Below are positions 18,310-27,286 of a stretch of 64,000 nt of DNA, piece after piece (position 1 is the first letter of the stretch; each line of letters begins with the position of its first letter). The translations under genes and the position numbers were made by a program. The notes beneath the pieces are model-generated. The model made no database searches. It was given only the letters and a program-made list of their open reading frames with translations, and was not told the origin of the DNA. Where the stretch lies: positions 294 to 64,293 of the forward strand of contig CALWRY010000005.1 in assembly GCA_944384065.1 (NCBI GenBank), read 5' to 3'. This DNA comes from an uncultured Enterocloster sp. Lineage in GTDB: Bacteria; Bacillota; Clostridia; Lachnospirales; Lachnospiraceae.

Positions 18310-20579
18310 AGGACATCATTAATATCTGATTTCAGCACATCTGCCTTGGGACCGTACACGGCCTGAATCCCCGTGTCCTTCTTAAGCAGCCCAAGAGCGC
18401 CCTCTGCCTTCCAGGCCGGAAGCTCCGCCACCCTGGAGGGGTCCTTCACCGTCACCCGCAGGCGGGTCATGCAGGCGTCCACCAGAACGATATTTTCCCG
18501 TCCGCCCAAAAGGCCGATGATGCGCTCCGCCTGGCTGCTGCTTTCAGCAGGGCCGCCCTGCTCCTGGCCGGTTCTCTCCTCACCGCCGCTGTTCTCGTCC
18601 GTGTAATTGCCCAGACGGCCCGGCGTGGCAAACTGAAATTTTCCAATCATAAAATATGCCACTGCATAGCCTATGGCAAAAAATGCCGCCACACAGATAA
18701 CAAAATTGATAATATCCCCTGTAAGTCCTGCCCGCACGGACATCGGAATTCTCGTAAAAAACTCCAGGTTCCCAAAGGAATGCAGCCTTAAGTCAATGAT
18801 CCCCGCCATGGCAAAGGCGCAGCCCTGCAGAACGGCATACACAATGTATAGGGGCAGTGCGCAGAACATGAACATAAATTCCAGCGGCTCTGTGACGCCG
18901 GTGAGAAACACGGCCAGCACCGTTGACAGGAACATGGACCTGTACTGCCTGCGCTTATCCGCATCCACCCGGCGGTACATAGCCAGGGCAATGCCGGTGA
19001 GAAGGCCCGTTGCGCCAATCATCTGTCCAACCTTGAAGCGGGCCGGGGTCACAGAGGTCAGAAGATGCTCGTAGGCCGCCATGTCCCCTGCGCTCTTAAA
19101 GTTAATCAGGTCATTGGCCCAGGCCAGCCACAGCGGATCCTGGCCAAATACTTGACTTCCCGCATTCACCCCTGTCTGTATCAGGTAGGTTCCGCCGAAG
19201 GAAGTATAATTCATGGGTATGGTCAGCATATGGTGAAGGCCAAAGGGGAGAAGCAGGCGCTCCAGCGTTCCGTAAATAAAGGGCGCCAGCACCGGGGATG
19301 TGGAGGATGAATTGGCAATCCACACGCCGAAGGCATTGATTCCCGCCTGCACCACAGGCCATACCAGAGCCATAACAAGGGAGATAAGGACGGACCAGGC
19401 AATCACCACCATGGGCACAAACCGTTTTCCGTTAAAAAAGGAAAGGGCATCCGGCAGTTTTCTGTAATTATAATATTTATTGTAAATGACTCCCCCTGCA
19501 AAGCCGGATATAATGCCCACAAACACACCCATATTTAAGGCAGGTGCCCCCAGCACGGATGTGAAATAGCCGTCCACCGGTATTTCCTTTCCAAACAGCG
19601 TGCGGGTCACGGCTTCCGGATCCGCCAGCATATCCGCTGTCACTCCAAAAATCGCACCCGTGATGGAATTGATGAGAATAAAGGCGATGACAGCCGCAAA
19701 GGCGCCGCCCGCCCGCTCCTTTGCCCAGGATCCGCCGATGGCCACAGCAAAGAGAATGTGCAGGTTATTGATAATGGCCCATCCAATGCTCTCCATGGTG
19801 CTCCCCACCATAAAGAGCATGCGTACATCGGATCCGCTCATCTGCACCAGCTTGCCAAGGCTTATCATCAGTCCCGCAGCAGGCATGACCGCAATAACCG
19901 TCATCAGCACCTTGCCCAGCTTCTGAAGCAGGTCAAAGTTAACAGATGGCTTCTTTTCCCCGCTGCGCTCTCCGGCCCCGTCCGGCTCCTGGGCGGCCTC
20001 ATCTGGCTTCTGGGCAGCCCCGTCTGGCTCCTGAGCGGCTCCATCCGGCTCCTGGACGGCCGGGGGCTGCTCCTGGGCAGCTCCATCCGGCTCCTGGGCG
20101 GCCGGGAGAACCGTCAGCACTGCGCTCTCTCCCGCGCGGCAGGCCCCCTCGTGGTACAGCAGACGCTTTCCCTCCATCCCCCCGCAGAGCAGGATCGGGG
20201 TAATGGGGCTGATGCCCTTCTCCTCCAGAAAGCGCAGATCCACCTCCGCTATGGGATCTCCAGCCTGCACCTTGTCCCCCACTTTGACCAGGGCCTTAAA
20301 GCAGGCTCCCTTAAGGGCTACGGTCTCCAAACCAATGTGGATCAAAATCTCCAGCCCCTCCTCTGTCCGGAATCCATAAGCGTGAAGGGTGTCCGCCACG
20401 GATACCACTTCGCCTGTCACCGGGCTTACAATCCTGCCGTCCTCCGGGATTACCGCGATTCCATCCCCGATAATTTTTTGAGAAAATACCGGATCCGGCA
20501 CTTCCTCCAGCGGCACAGCCCGCCCTGCAGCCGGCGCCAAAATCTGTATTCTCTCCTGTGCGGTTTCTCTGCTGGCCAT
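18306..20579 (-). CDS. glucose-family PTS transporter, probably for maltose, domain order EIIA-EIIC-EIIB
   Basis: EIIA: DPVFS, IHIGLETV. EIIC: ERLLLPFGLHH, GVTEPLEF. EIIB: DACMTRLR. Confidence 0.92.
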   Translation of the reverse strand: MASRETAQERIQILAPAAGRAVPLEEVPDPVFSQKIIGDGIAVIPEDGRIVSPVTGEVVSVADTLHAYGFRTEEGLEILIHIGLETVALKGACFKALVKVGDKVQAGDPIAEVDLRFLEEKGISPITPILLCGGMEGKRLLYHEGACRAGESAVLTVLPAAQEPDGAAQEQPPAVQEPDGAAQEPDGAAQKPDEAAQEPDGAGERSGEKKPSVNFDLLQKLGKVLMTVIAVMPAAGLMISLGKLVQMSGSDVRMLFMVGSTMESIGWAIINNLHILFAVAIGGSWAKERAGGAFAAVIAFILINSITGAIFGVTADMLADPEAVTRTLFGKEIPVDGYFTSVLGAPALNMGVFVGIISGFAGGVIYNKYYNYRKLPDALSFFNGKRFVPMVVIAWSVLISLVMALVWPVVQAGINAFGVWIANSSSTSPVLAPFIYGTLERLLLPFGLHHMLTIPMNYTSFGGTYLIQTGVNAGSQVFGQDPLWLAWANDLINFKSAGDMAAYEHLLTSVTPARFKVGQMIGATGLLTGIALAMYRRVDADKRRQYRSMFLSTVLAVFLTGVTEPLEFMFMFCALPLYIVYAVLQGCAFAMAGIIDLRLHSFGNLEFFTRIPMSVRAGLTGDIINFVICVAAFFAIGYAVAYFMIGKFQFATPGRLGNYTDENSGGEERTGQEQGGPAESSSQAERIIGLLGGRENIVLVDACMTRLRVTVKDPSRVAELPAWKAEGALGLLKKDTGIQAVYGPKADVLKSDINDVL
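19975..20102 (-). repeat. degenerate 21-bp repeat (AAQEPDG) x~6 in the EIIA-EIIC linker
   Basis: Visible in both the DNA and the translation. Confidence 0.85.
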
Positions 20580-20624
20580 CTTCCGCAGCCTCCCTCTCGC
20601 TTTCGTCAGTGTTTGCATTGTTTG

Positions 20625-20638
20625 CGCAAACGCTTGCA
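20625..20638. promoter_or_regulatory. MalR/LacI-type operator
   Basis: CGCAAACGCTTGCA, a near-palindrome with central CG just upstream of the PTS start; resembles the streptococcal MalR box CGCAAACGTTT. Confidence 0.65.
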
Positions 20639-20964
20639 TTAAATATATTGCGTTTTTTCCATCTTTTCAAGCTCTTTTTTTAATTTAAACTTCTTTCTCC
20701 CTTTTATACAAGAATCCGCTTCCATTTTTGTACAATATTAGCTGCACACGTCTGCATCGCAGGCAGCGCAAAGCGCCCGCGTCAGGGAGCGTCAAGAGAA
20801 GGCGGCCAGGAAGATACGCGGCCCCGTTGACTTTCCCCCTGCTCTGGCTTACAATGATAGCAAATTCTTCAGGGGCAAAACCATGTTTACAAGCAAGCTT
20901 GACACCTGCTTTTGCCCCTGTTTACCCGCCGTCTGAACTGTTACCAAGAAATGGAGGAAGCATA

Positions 20965-21993
20965 ATGGCTGTAACAATCAAAGAGGTGGCTGCGCTGGCC
21001 GGAGTCTCCCCCTCTACCGTATCCAGAACCTGCAAAAACAATCCCTCCATCAGTGAGGAGACAAAAGAAAGGGTGCGGCGGGCCATGGCCCAGCTGGGCT
21101 ATGAGCCCAATTTCCAGGCCAGCAATCTGGCCTCCCAGAATTCCCGGGCCATCGGCATTATACTTCCCCCCTCAGAAAAGGAGGCCTTTGAAAACCCCTT
21201 CTATCTGGAGGTCATCCGGGGCATCAGCCAGTTCTGCAACCAGCGCCAGTACATCAACACCGTCATCACTGGCAGAGATGACCGGGAAATCCTTCAGGCC
21301 ATCCGCTCCATGACCCGCAGCGGGCAGGCGGACGGCTTTATCGTCCTCTATTCCCGGCAGAAGGATCCCATCATTGACTATCTCTACGGGGAAGGCCTGC
21401 TCTTTGTCCTCATCGGGAAGGCTTACCAGTTCGCCAACCAGACCATTTACATCGATAATGACAATATGCTGGCGGGGCAGGAGGCGGCAGACTATCTGTG
21501 GAATCTGGGCCACCGCCGCATCGCCTATATCGGAAGCGGGAACAGCCTTATGTTCTCTGCCGACCGGCGCTCCGGCTATGAGGCCGCCATGCTCCGGCAA
21601 GGATGCGCCCCGGATCCCGGCTTCTGTGTGGAGGTTCCCTCCCTCACAGAGGAGGGCTGGGCTCCCATCCGTCAGCTCTTGGGACGGGACGACCGCCCCA
21701 CCGCCGTTATCGTCAGCGACGATATCCTGGCGGTGGCAGTAGAGCGGGTGTGCATGGAAATGGGGCTTTCCATACCGGGAGATATCTCCATTCTCTCCTT
21801 CAACAACTCCCTCTTCGCCCGTCTGACCTCCCCCCAGCTCACCTCCGTGGATATCAATTCCCTCCAGCTGGGAACAGAGGCCGCAGCACAGATGATCAGC
21901 CACATGGAGAACCCCAATCTGATGGCCACTAAGATCATTGTCCCCCACCGCATCATTGAGCGGGACAGCTGCCGACGCTGGGATGGGATATAA
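20965..21993 (+). CDS. LacI family regulator (MalR-like)
   Basis: TIKEVAALAGVSPSTVSR HTH and FENPFY; divergent from the maltose operon. Confidence 0.93.
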   Translation: MAVTIKEVAALAGVSPSTVSRTCKNNPSISEETKERVRRAMAQLGYEPNFQASNLASQNSRAIGIILPPSEKEAFENPFYLEVIRGISQFCNQRQYINTVITGRDDREILQAIRSMTRSGQADGFIVLYSRQKDPIIDYLYGEGLLFVLIGKAYQFANQTIYIDNDNMLAGQEAADYLWNLGHRRIAYIGSGNSLMFSADRRSGYEAAMLRQGCAPDPGFCVEVPSLTEEGWAPIRQLLGRDDRPTAVIVSDDILAVAVERVCMEMGLSIPGDISILSFNNSLFARLTSPQLTSVDINSLQLGTEAAAQMISHMENPNLMATKIIVPHRIIERDSCRRWDGI

Positions 21994-22071
21994 GGCTGCA
22001 AACACAGAGCCCCAAAGCGCAAAATGGCCGGACAGGAAACGGCGCATCCGCTCATCTCCTATCCGGCTCTT

Positions 22072-22620
22072 TTACAGCCACTCATTCTCCGGAAATTCGT
22101 CCTTGTCATCCTCCAGGTCCAGATAGCGAAACTCGAAATGCGCCTCCCCCTCCTTATCCAGCGTCATAACCACATACGAGGGCCGTCTTCCCTCCTGCCG
22201 CGGATAGGACAGGCTTCCCGGGTTCAGCACAATCAGGTCCTTATCCCCCTTCTTTTTGTCCACATCGTAATAGGGCCTATGGGTATGGCCGAACATGACA
22301 ATGTCAAAGCCCCGGGCCCTGGCCTCCTGGCGCAGGTACTCCGTGCCCACGGACACGCTGTAATAATGTCCATGGGTCAGAAGCACCCGGTATCTGCCCA
22401 GCATAAAATCCTGCTCCCGGTCCAGCCGGGAAAAGAAATCATTATTTCCCGAAACCATCTCCATCACACAGGAGGGGTTCACCCAGGAGGCGATGGCATA
22501 TTCGCTTCCCTCCGCGTCCCCCAGATGGATGAACATATCCAGGGGCTTCTCCCTCTCGATTACCCGCTCCAGATTCTTGTCCTTGCGGTGGGTATCGCTG
22601 ACAATCAATATCTTCATCAC
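22072..22620 (-). CDS. YsnB/YfcE-family metallophosphoesterase
   Basis: SDTH, HLGD, GNND, THGH, FGHTH and NPGS motifs. Confidence 0.92.
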   Translation of the reverse strand: MMKILIVSDTHRKDKNLERVIEREKPLDMFIHLGDAEGSEYAIASWVNPSCVMEMVSGNNDFFSRLDREQDFMLGRYRVLLTHGHYYSVSVGTEYLRQEARARGFDIVMFGHTHRPYYDVDKKKGDKDLIVLNPGSLSYPRQEGRRPSYVVMTLDKEGEAHFEFRYLDLEDDKDEFPENEWL

Positions 22621-23237
22621 TGGCTGTCTCTCCCGTCCTTCTCAAGCTCTGCTGCCAGGACCCTCTTGATGGCCTCCAGCGCCTTGCCCCGATGGCTTAT
22701 CTTATTTTTCTCCTCCATGGTAATCTCCGCCGAGGTCATGCCAAACTCCGGCAGATACAGAATCGGGTCATAGCCAAAGCCGCCTGTCCCCGCGGGCTTC
22801 TCGGCAATCAAGCCCTCCATGGTCTCCTCCGCGTGCAGCACCCGCCCGTCCGGAAGAACCGCCGCGATATTGCAGACAAACCGGGCGCTGCGCTCCTTCC
22901 CCTTGGCATCCTTCAGCCGGTCGATAATATTCTGGTTCTTTATAACATAGGAGGTGTCCTCTCCCATGTAGCGGGCGGAGTAAATGCCCGGCTCCCCGCC
23001 GATGTAATCCACCACCAGCCCGGAGTCATCCGCCAGCACAATATCTCCCGTGCAGTTCCACACAGCCTGGGCCTTAATCTGAGCATTCTCCCCAAAGGTT
23101 TTCCCGTCCTCCACAATCACAGGGTCCGCCCCCGCCTCCTTCATGGACAGCACCGGGAGCCCCAGGTCCGCCAGGATAGCCCGCACCTCCCGCATCTTTC
23201 CTTCATTTCCCGTGGCAAATATAATTCTGTGTCCCAT
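22617..23237 (-). CDS. rdgB: XTP/dITP diphosphatase (RdgB/HAM1)
   Basis: ATGNEGK, ADDSGL, PGIYSAR, GFGYDP and KNKISHRG motifs. Confidence 0.95.
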   Translation of the reverse strand: MGHRIIFATGNEGKMREVRAILADLGLPVLSMKEAGADPVIVEDGKTFGENAQIKAQAVWNCTGDIVLADDSGLVVDYIGGEPGIYSARYMGEDTSYVIKNQNIIDRLKDAKGKERSARFVCNIAAVLPDGRVLHAEETMEGLIAEKPAGTGGFGYDPILYLPEFGMTSAEITMEEKNKISHRGKALEAIKRVLAAELEKDGRDSQ

Positions 23238-23240
23238 GCT

Positions 23241-24647
23241 TCACTCTCCCGCTTCCATATAAGCCTTCAGGCAGACATTGCACCTCTGGGTCTCCTCCAC
23301 ATGCTCCCAGCGTTTCCCGTCGAAGCTCAGATATCCCTCTCCGTCCGTCAAATCCACCTGGGCAGTGCCGTCGCCCGCGTCGTATTCGATGGCCACCGGG
23401 TGCACTGTGCCCGGCGTCATTATTTTTATCATTATAGCAAACTTTTCCCCTTCCTCCAAGGGAATTTTTTCTTCAAAGGGAATGGTGTAATACCCCGCAT
23501 AGCGGAGGCCTCCCTGGGCCAAAAGACGGCGGTCATTGAGCGGGACGCCTCCGCCTGCTTTCGGCACACCGGCCATCCCCGGCTCCCGGGGCAGCTGCCG
23601 GGCCAGGTATATCTCATATTCCGTGTCCTTGTCCGTGGCGTAAAAGCCGGCCGCAGCCAGGTGCTCCCCAGCCTCTGCCGTGTAGGCCGCGCCAAACCAG
23701 GCCTCCTCATTTCCATAGCCTATCTGCCCAATCCATCCGCACAGGTCCCCCTGGCAGATGCGGTCATAATTGTCCGCAGGCTCAATTCCCGTGTAGACAA
23801 TATTGTTCACGCCGATGTTTGTGTCATAATAGGATACATAAAAATATCCCTCATCGCCGAATTCCTCCCCCCAGCTGTTGGTGCAGATGAAGGCGCCGTC
23901 CCCCTCCGGCTCTATGGAAAAGCTTTCCTTGGGGTAGGCGTCATCCCAGCCGATAATCACCGAATCGTGGTTGGGCGCAGAGGGCCCTTCATAACAGTAG
24001 GCATTGGTCTGGGGATTGTAATGGGGCGATTCGTCCATCCCGTTTTCCATGGAGGTATACAGGGCGCTCTGCACGCCCCCCTGCAGATAAACCGCGCGCT
24101 TGATGGCCTCATAATCCTTGAAGGGCAGAATTTGTATCTCCTGCACATGGCGGCAGGCAGAAAGCCCCTCCGGGGAAATTCCATCCCCATACGGGTCTGC
24201 CTCCTCAGGCACCGGCCCTGTCCAGGAGAGGAGATAGGCCATGGACATGGTATATTCCCCTCCCTCATTGGGCTCCAGCTGAAAGTGGTTGTGCCTGGTC
24301 ATATGGTCCACGGAAAATGTCAAATCCTCCTCCGGGAGCAGGGAGGAGGACAGCGCGGTCAGGGAGGCAAAGGCCCAGCAGGTGCCAAGCTCCCCCTGAT
24401 TCCCGATGCGGGGGGCGCGGCCCTCCTTCCGGTAGTCGTAGGAGGCGGGCAGCGGAGCGGACGAGCTTGCGGCAAGCCCCCCTATACCGGCAGACGCTTC
24501 CTCGTCCGCGGACTCCTCCGCACGGACACGCGCTGCCTCACCGGCGGGCTCTTCCGCACAGGAGGCCAGAACAAGCGTTAGCGCCAAAAGGAGCCCGGCT
24601 CCGGAAAATCCCCCGGGTCGCCTTCCCGCTGGTTTCTCAGATCGCAT
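23241..24647 (-). CDS. papain-like (C1A) cysteine protease lipoprotein with a C-terminal lectin-like domain
   Basis: Lipobox LASC; catalytic motifs QGELGTCWAF, NHDSVIIGWDD and NSWG. Confidence 0.9.
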   Translation of the reverse strand: MRSEKPAGRRPGGFSGAGLLLALTLVLASCAEEPAGEAARVRAEESADEEASAGIGGLAASSSAPLPASYDYRKEGRAPRIGNQGELGTCWAFASLTALSSSLLPEEDLTFSVDHMTRHNHFQLEPNEGGEYTMSMAYLLSWTGPVPEEADPYGDGISPEGLSACRHVQEIQILPFKDYEAIKRAVYLQGGVQSALYTSMENGMDESPHYNPQTNAYCYEGPSAPNHDSVIIGWDDAYPKESFSIEPEGDGAFICTNSWGEEFGDEGYFYVSYYDTNIGVNNIVYTGIEPADNYDRICQGDLCGWIGQIGYGNEEAWFGAAYTAEAGEHLAAAGFYATDKDTEYEIYLARQLPREPGMAGVPKAGGGVPLNDRRLLAQGGLRYAGYYTIPFEEKIPLEEGEKFAIMIKIMTPGTVHPVAIEYDAGDGTAQVDLTDGEGYLSFDGKRWEHVEETQRCNVCLKAYMEAGE

Positions 24648-24649
24648 GC

Positions 24650-25852
24650 TCACAGCTCCTCTGTCCGGGGCGCCCGATCCTCTGGCCGGGGATTCCGCTC
24701 CGCCGGCCCCCTTCTCGGCGGCTTCGGCCCCAGGAACTGATAAAAATAGGTCTTCATCATTCCATTATAAATCTTGCGGTTCTTATCCGCCTTCCTGCCA
24801 ATGTATTTCTCCGCGTCCTGATACGCCGTAATCAGATACATGGACCAGCTGTCCAGAGCCGCGAACCGCTCGCCTATCTCCCGATAGAGAGCCGGAAGAT
24901 TCTTCTTATCCTCAATCCGCTCGCCGTAGGGCGGATTGGTGATGAGAAAGCCGTACTTTTTCGGATGGCTCAGCTCACTCACCGGTCTCTGCTGAAAATG
25001 AATCAGGTGGTCCACCCCCGCAGCCCTGGCATTGGCCCGAGCTGCTCGGATAATGTCCCCGTCAATGTCATAGCCCTGGATGTCTGTCTCCACATCCGTC
25101 CGCACCAGGCTCTGGGCCTCGTCCGCCGCCTCATACCAGTATTTCCGCTTTACCAGGTGCCGCCATTCCTCCGCCAGGAAGGAACGGTTCATGCCTGGAG
25201 CCATACGCGCCGCCATCATGGCCGCCTCGATGGGAAATGTGCCGCTTCCGCAGAAGGGGTCCACCAAAATCCGGTCCTTATTCCACGGTGTCAAAAGAAG
25301 CAGCGCCGCCGCCAGGGTTTCCGTGATGGGGGCCTTGCTGGAAAGCGTGCGGTAGCCCCTTTTGTGGAGGGAATCCCCGCTGGTATCAATGCCCACCGTT
25401 ACCATGTCCTTATAGAGAAATACCCGCAGGGGGAAGCTCAGCCCATTTTCTGGAAACCAGCTCACCTTGTAGCGGCTTTTCAGACGCTCCACCATCGCTT
25501 TTTTCATGATGGACTGAATATCTGACGGGCTGAACAGCCTGCTCTTAATAGAGGAGGCCTTGGCCACCCAGAATTTTCCGTCCTCCGGGATAAATTCCTC
25601 CCAGGGGATGGCCTTCGTGCCCTGAAACAGCTCCTCAAAGGTCTCTGCCCGAAAGCTTCCCGCCTTTAACAGCACCCGCTCTGCAGTGCGCAGGAATAGA
25701 TTGGCCCGGCAGATGGCATCCTCCCCTCCTAAGAAGGTGACGCGGCCGTCCTCCACCAGGGAAATCTCATACCCCAAATCCAATATTTCCTTTTTAAGTA
25801 CCGCCTCCAGCCCAAAGTGGCAGGGCGCAATCAGTTCATATGTTCCGCTCAA
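24650..25852 (-). CDS. THUMP-domain class I SAM-dependent RNA methyltransferase (RlmL/YpsC-like)
   Basis: SLHKRGYR, APITETLAA, DPFCGSGT and TNPPYGER motifs; TTG start. Confidence 0.93.
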   Translation of the reverse strand: MSGTYELIAPCHFGLEAVLKKEILDLGYEISLVEDGRVTFLGGEDAICRANLFLRTAERVLLKAGSFRAETFEELFQGTKAIPWEEFIPEDGKFWVAKASSIKSRLFSPSDIQSIMKKAMVERLKSRYKVSWFPENGLSFPLRVFLYKDMVTVGIDTSGDSLHKRGYRTLSSKAPITETLAAALLLLTPWNKDRILVDPFCGSGTFPIEAAMMAARMAPGMNRSFLAEEWRHLVKRKYWYEAADEAQSLVRTDVETDIQGYDIDGDIIRAARANARAAGVDHLIHFQQRPVSELSHPKKYGFLITNPPYGERIEDKKNLPALYREIGERFAALDSWSMYLITAYQDAEKYIGRKADKNRKIYNGMMKTYFYQFLGPKPPRRGPAERNPRPEDRAPRTEEL

Positions 25853-25869
25853 TGTACCTTGCTCCCCTC

Positions 25870-26427
25870 CTACAGCCTGATTTCCTTCACAACGTCACCG
25901 TCCAGCGTGCGGATGGAAAATACGCCGTCCGCGAACACCCCATAGGTATTGGGATTGCCTCCCTTGGGAATGGACACAGAGCCGGGATTTAACACGGTAA
26001 TCTGTCCGCAGTCCTCTGTCTTTACCTGCTCCGCCTTCAGAAGGTGGGTGTGGCCGTGAATCAGGATATCTCCCTCCTGCATAGGCGGAAGGCTGTCCTG
26101 ATTATAGACATGTCCGTGGGTGGCATAGAAGGTCTTCCCCTCGATGGCGAGCAGGGCATAATCCGCCAAAATCGGGAACTCCAGCACCATCTGGTCCACC
26201 TCGGTATCGCAGTTGCCCCGCACCGCGTAAATCTCCCGCTTTAAGGGATTCAGCATGGCAATGACCTCCTTGGGCGCATACTCCCGAGGCAGGTCATTGC
26301 GGGGGCCATGGTACAAAATATCACCTAAAATTACAAGCCGGGAAGCGCCCAAATCGCGGTAAGCCTCAAGCATCCTCCGGCAGTAATAGGCAGAACCGTG
26401 TATATCTGACGCAAACATTATTTTCAT
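25870..26427 (-). CDS. yfcE: phosphodiesterase YfcE family
   Basis: SDIHGS, GDILYHGPRN, RGNCD, HGHTH and NPGSVSIPK motifs. Confidence 0.92.
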   Translation of the reverse strand: MKIMFASDIHGSAYYCRRMLEAYRDLGASRLVILGDILYHGPRNDLPREYAPKEVIAMLNPLKREIYAVRGNCDTEVDQMVLEFPILADYALLAIEGKTFYATHGHVYNQDSLPPMQEGDILIHGHTHLLKAEQVKTEDCGQITVLNPGSVSIPKGGNPNTYGVFADGVFSIRTLDGDVVKEIRL

Positions 26428-26473
26428 TGGGGTGTCCTCCTCATTTTCTCCGTCTGAATTGATATGCTTTATT

Positions 26474-26800
26474 TTAGTTTGGGAGCGGGCTTCTGTCAAT
26501 GTATTTCCCCCGGTAATTCAGGATTCCTCCAGCCAGGTCCGCCACATCCCAGCCCTGGCGCCAGAGGTCCCGGCAGACCACCATGCTCTTGGCGCCCCGG
26601 TCGCAATAAAAAACCAGCGTTCCCTCCGGGGAAAGCCGGTCCATCTGCTCCTCTATCTCCCCGTAGGGAATATTCACGCTCCCCCATATCCGCTCCCGGC
26701 CAAAAAGCCAGGGCTCCCGCAAATCAATCAGCTGGCCCACCCGTCCTTCCTCAAGCCAGCGGTCCAATTCTCTGTATGCAATCATGGGAAATGACGACAT
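26474..26800 (-). CDS. rhodanese-like domain protein
   Basis: IDLRE, GSVNIP, active-site loop FYCDRGAKS, LAGG. Confidence 0.88.
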   Translation of the reverse strand: MSSFPMIAYRELDRWLEEGRVGQLIDLREPWLFGRERIWGSVNIPYGEIEEQMDRLSPEGTLVFYCDRGAKSMVVCRDLWRQGWDVADLAGGILNYRGKYIDRSPLPN

Positions 26801-27025
26801 TCTCCTTCACCTGCCTTTTCACTCTTACTATATGCATGTCTGGTGGACAGGGTGAGGCGGAATGGTCTGCCCCGCTGCTTCTATAATTTAAAGAACCAGC
26901 TCCGCCAGCGCGCCCGGCAAAAGGAGGCCGCCCGGCATTCCCACCCAAAAGGAACCCGCCCGGCCCTCACGGCCAAAGCGGGTTCCCCTTGTCATAGCCC
27001 CTGCCCCGAACAGGCAGGCCCTGTT

Positions 27026-27193
27026 TTAGTAGTCGCTGTCATTCCTTCCGCAGTTCTGCGCCCGGTTTTTTGTGCTGTTCTGGGAGCTGTTTCTGCTGCT
27101 GTTCTGTCCGTTATTCTTCGCGCTGTTCTTCTGCTCCATGTTGCTGCTGTTGCTTCCATTTTCCATGTCATCTCTGTAATTATTCTTTGACAT
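27026..27193 (-). CDS. 55-aa Asn/Ser/Gln-rich small protein, probable forespore protein (not in the ORF track)
   Basis: RBS AGGAGG-7 nt-ATG; MSKNNYRDDMENGSNSSNMEQKNSAKNNGQNSSRNSSQNSTKNRAQNCGRNDSDY*; sigma-G-type promoter upstream. Confidence 0.8.
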   Translation of the reverse strand: MSKNNYRDDMENGSNSSNMEQKNSAKNNGQNSSRNSSQNSTKNRAQNCGRNDSDY

Positions 27194-27233
27194 CTCAAAT
27201 ACCTCCTGAAAAGAGTTTGTTTGGTTACAGCCT

Positions 27234-27263
27234 TAGTATGGCAGGAAGCGGAGGCTTTTATTC
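27234..27263 (-). promoter_or_regulatory. sigma-G-type sporulation promoter
   Basis: GAATA-18 bp-CATACTA matches the GHATR-N17/18-CATACTA consensus. Confidence 0.75.
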
Positions 27264-27286
27264 AAATTTTTCTCTCTTAACTTTTT

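Noticed and set aside
22692-24581. 629-aa + strand ORF (also 24317-25525, 30658-31752, 49178-50515, 53588-55159)
   Set aside because: Antisense shadows of well-supported minus-strand genes in GC-rich DNA; no recognisable motifs.
26992-27198. 68-aa ORF MRCQRIITE... from the track
   Set aside because: The alternative frame 27026-27193 has the properly spaced RBS and coherent composition.
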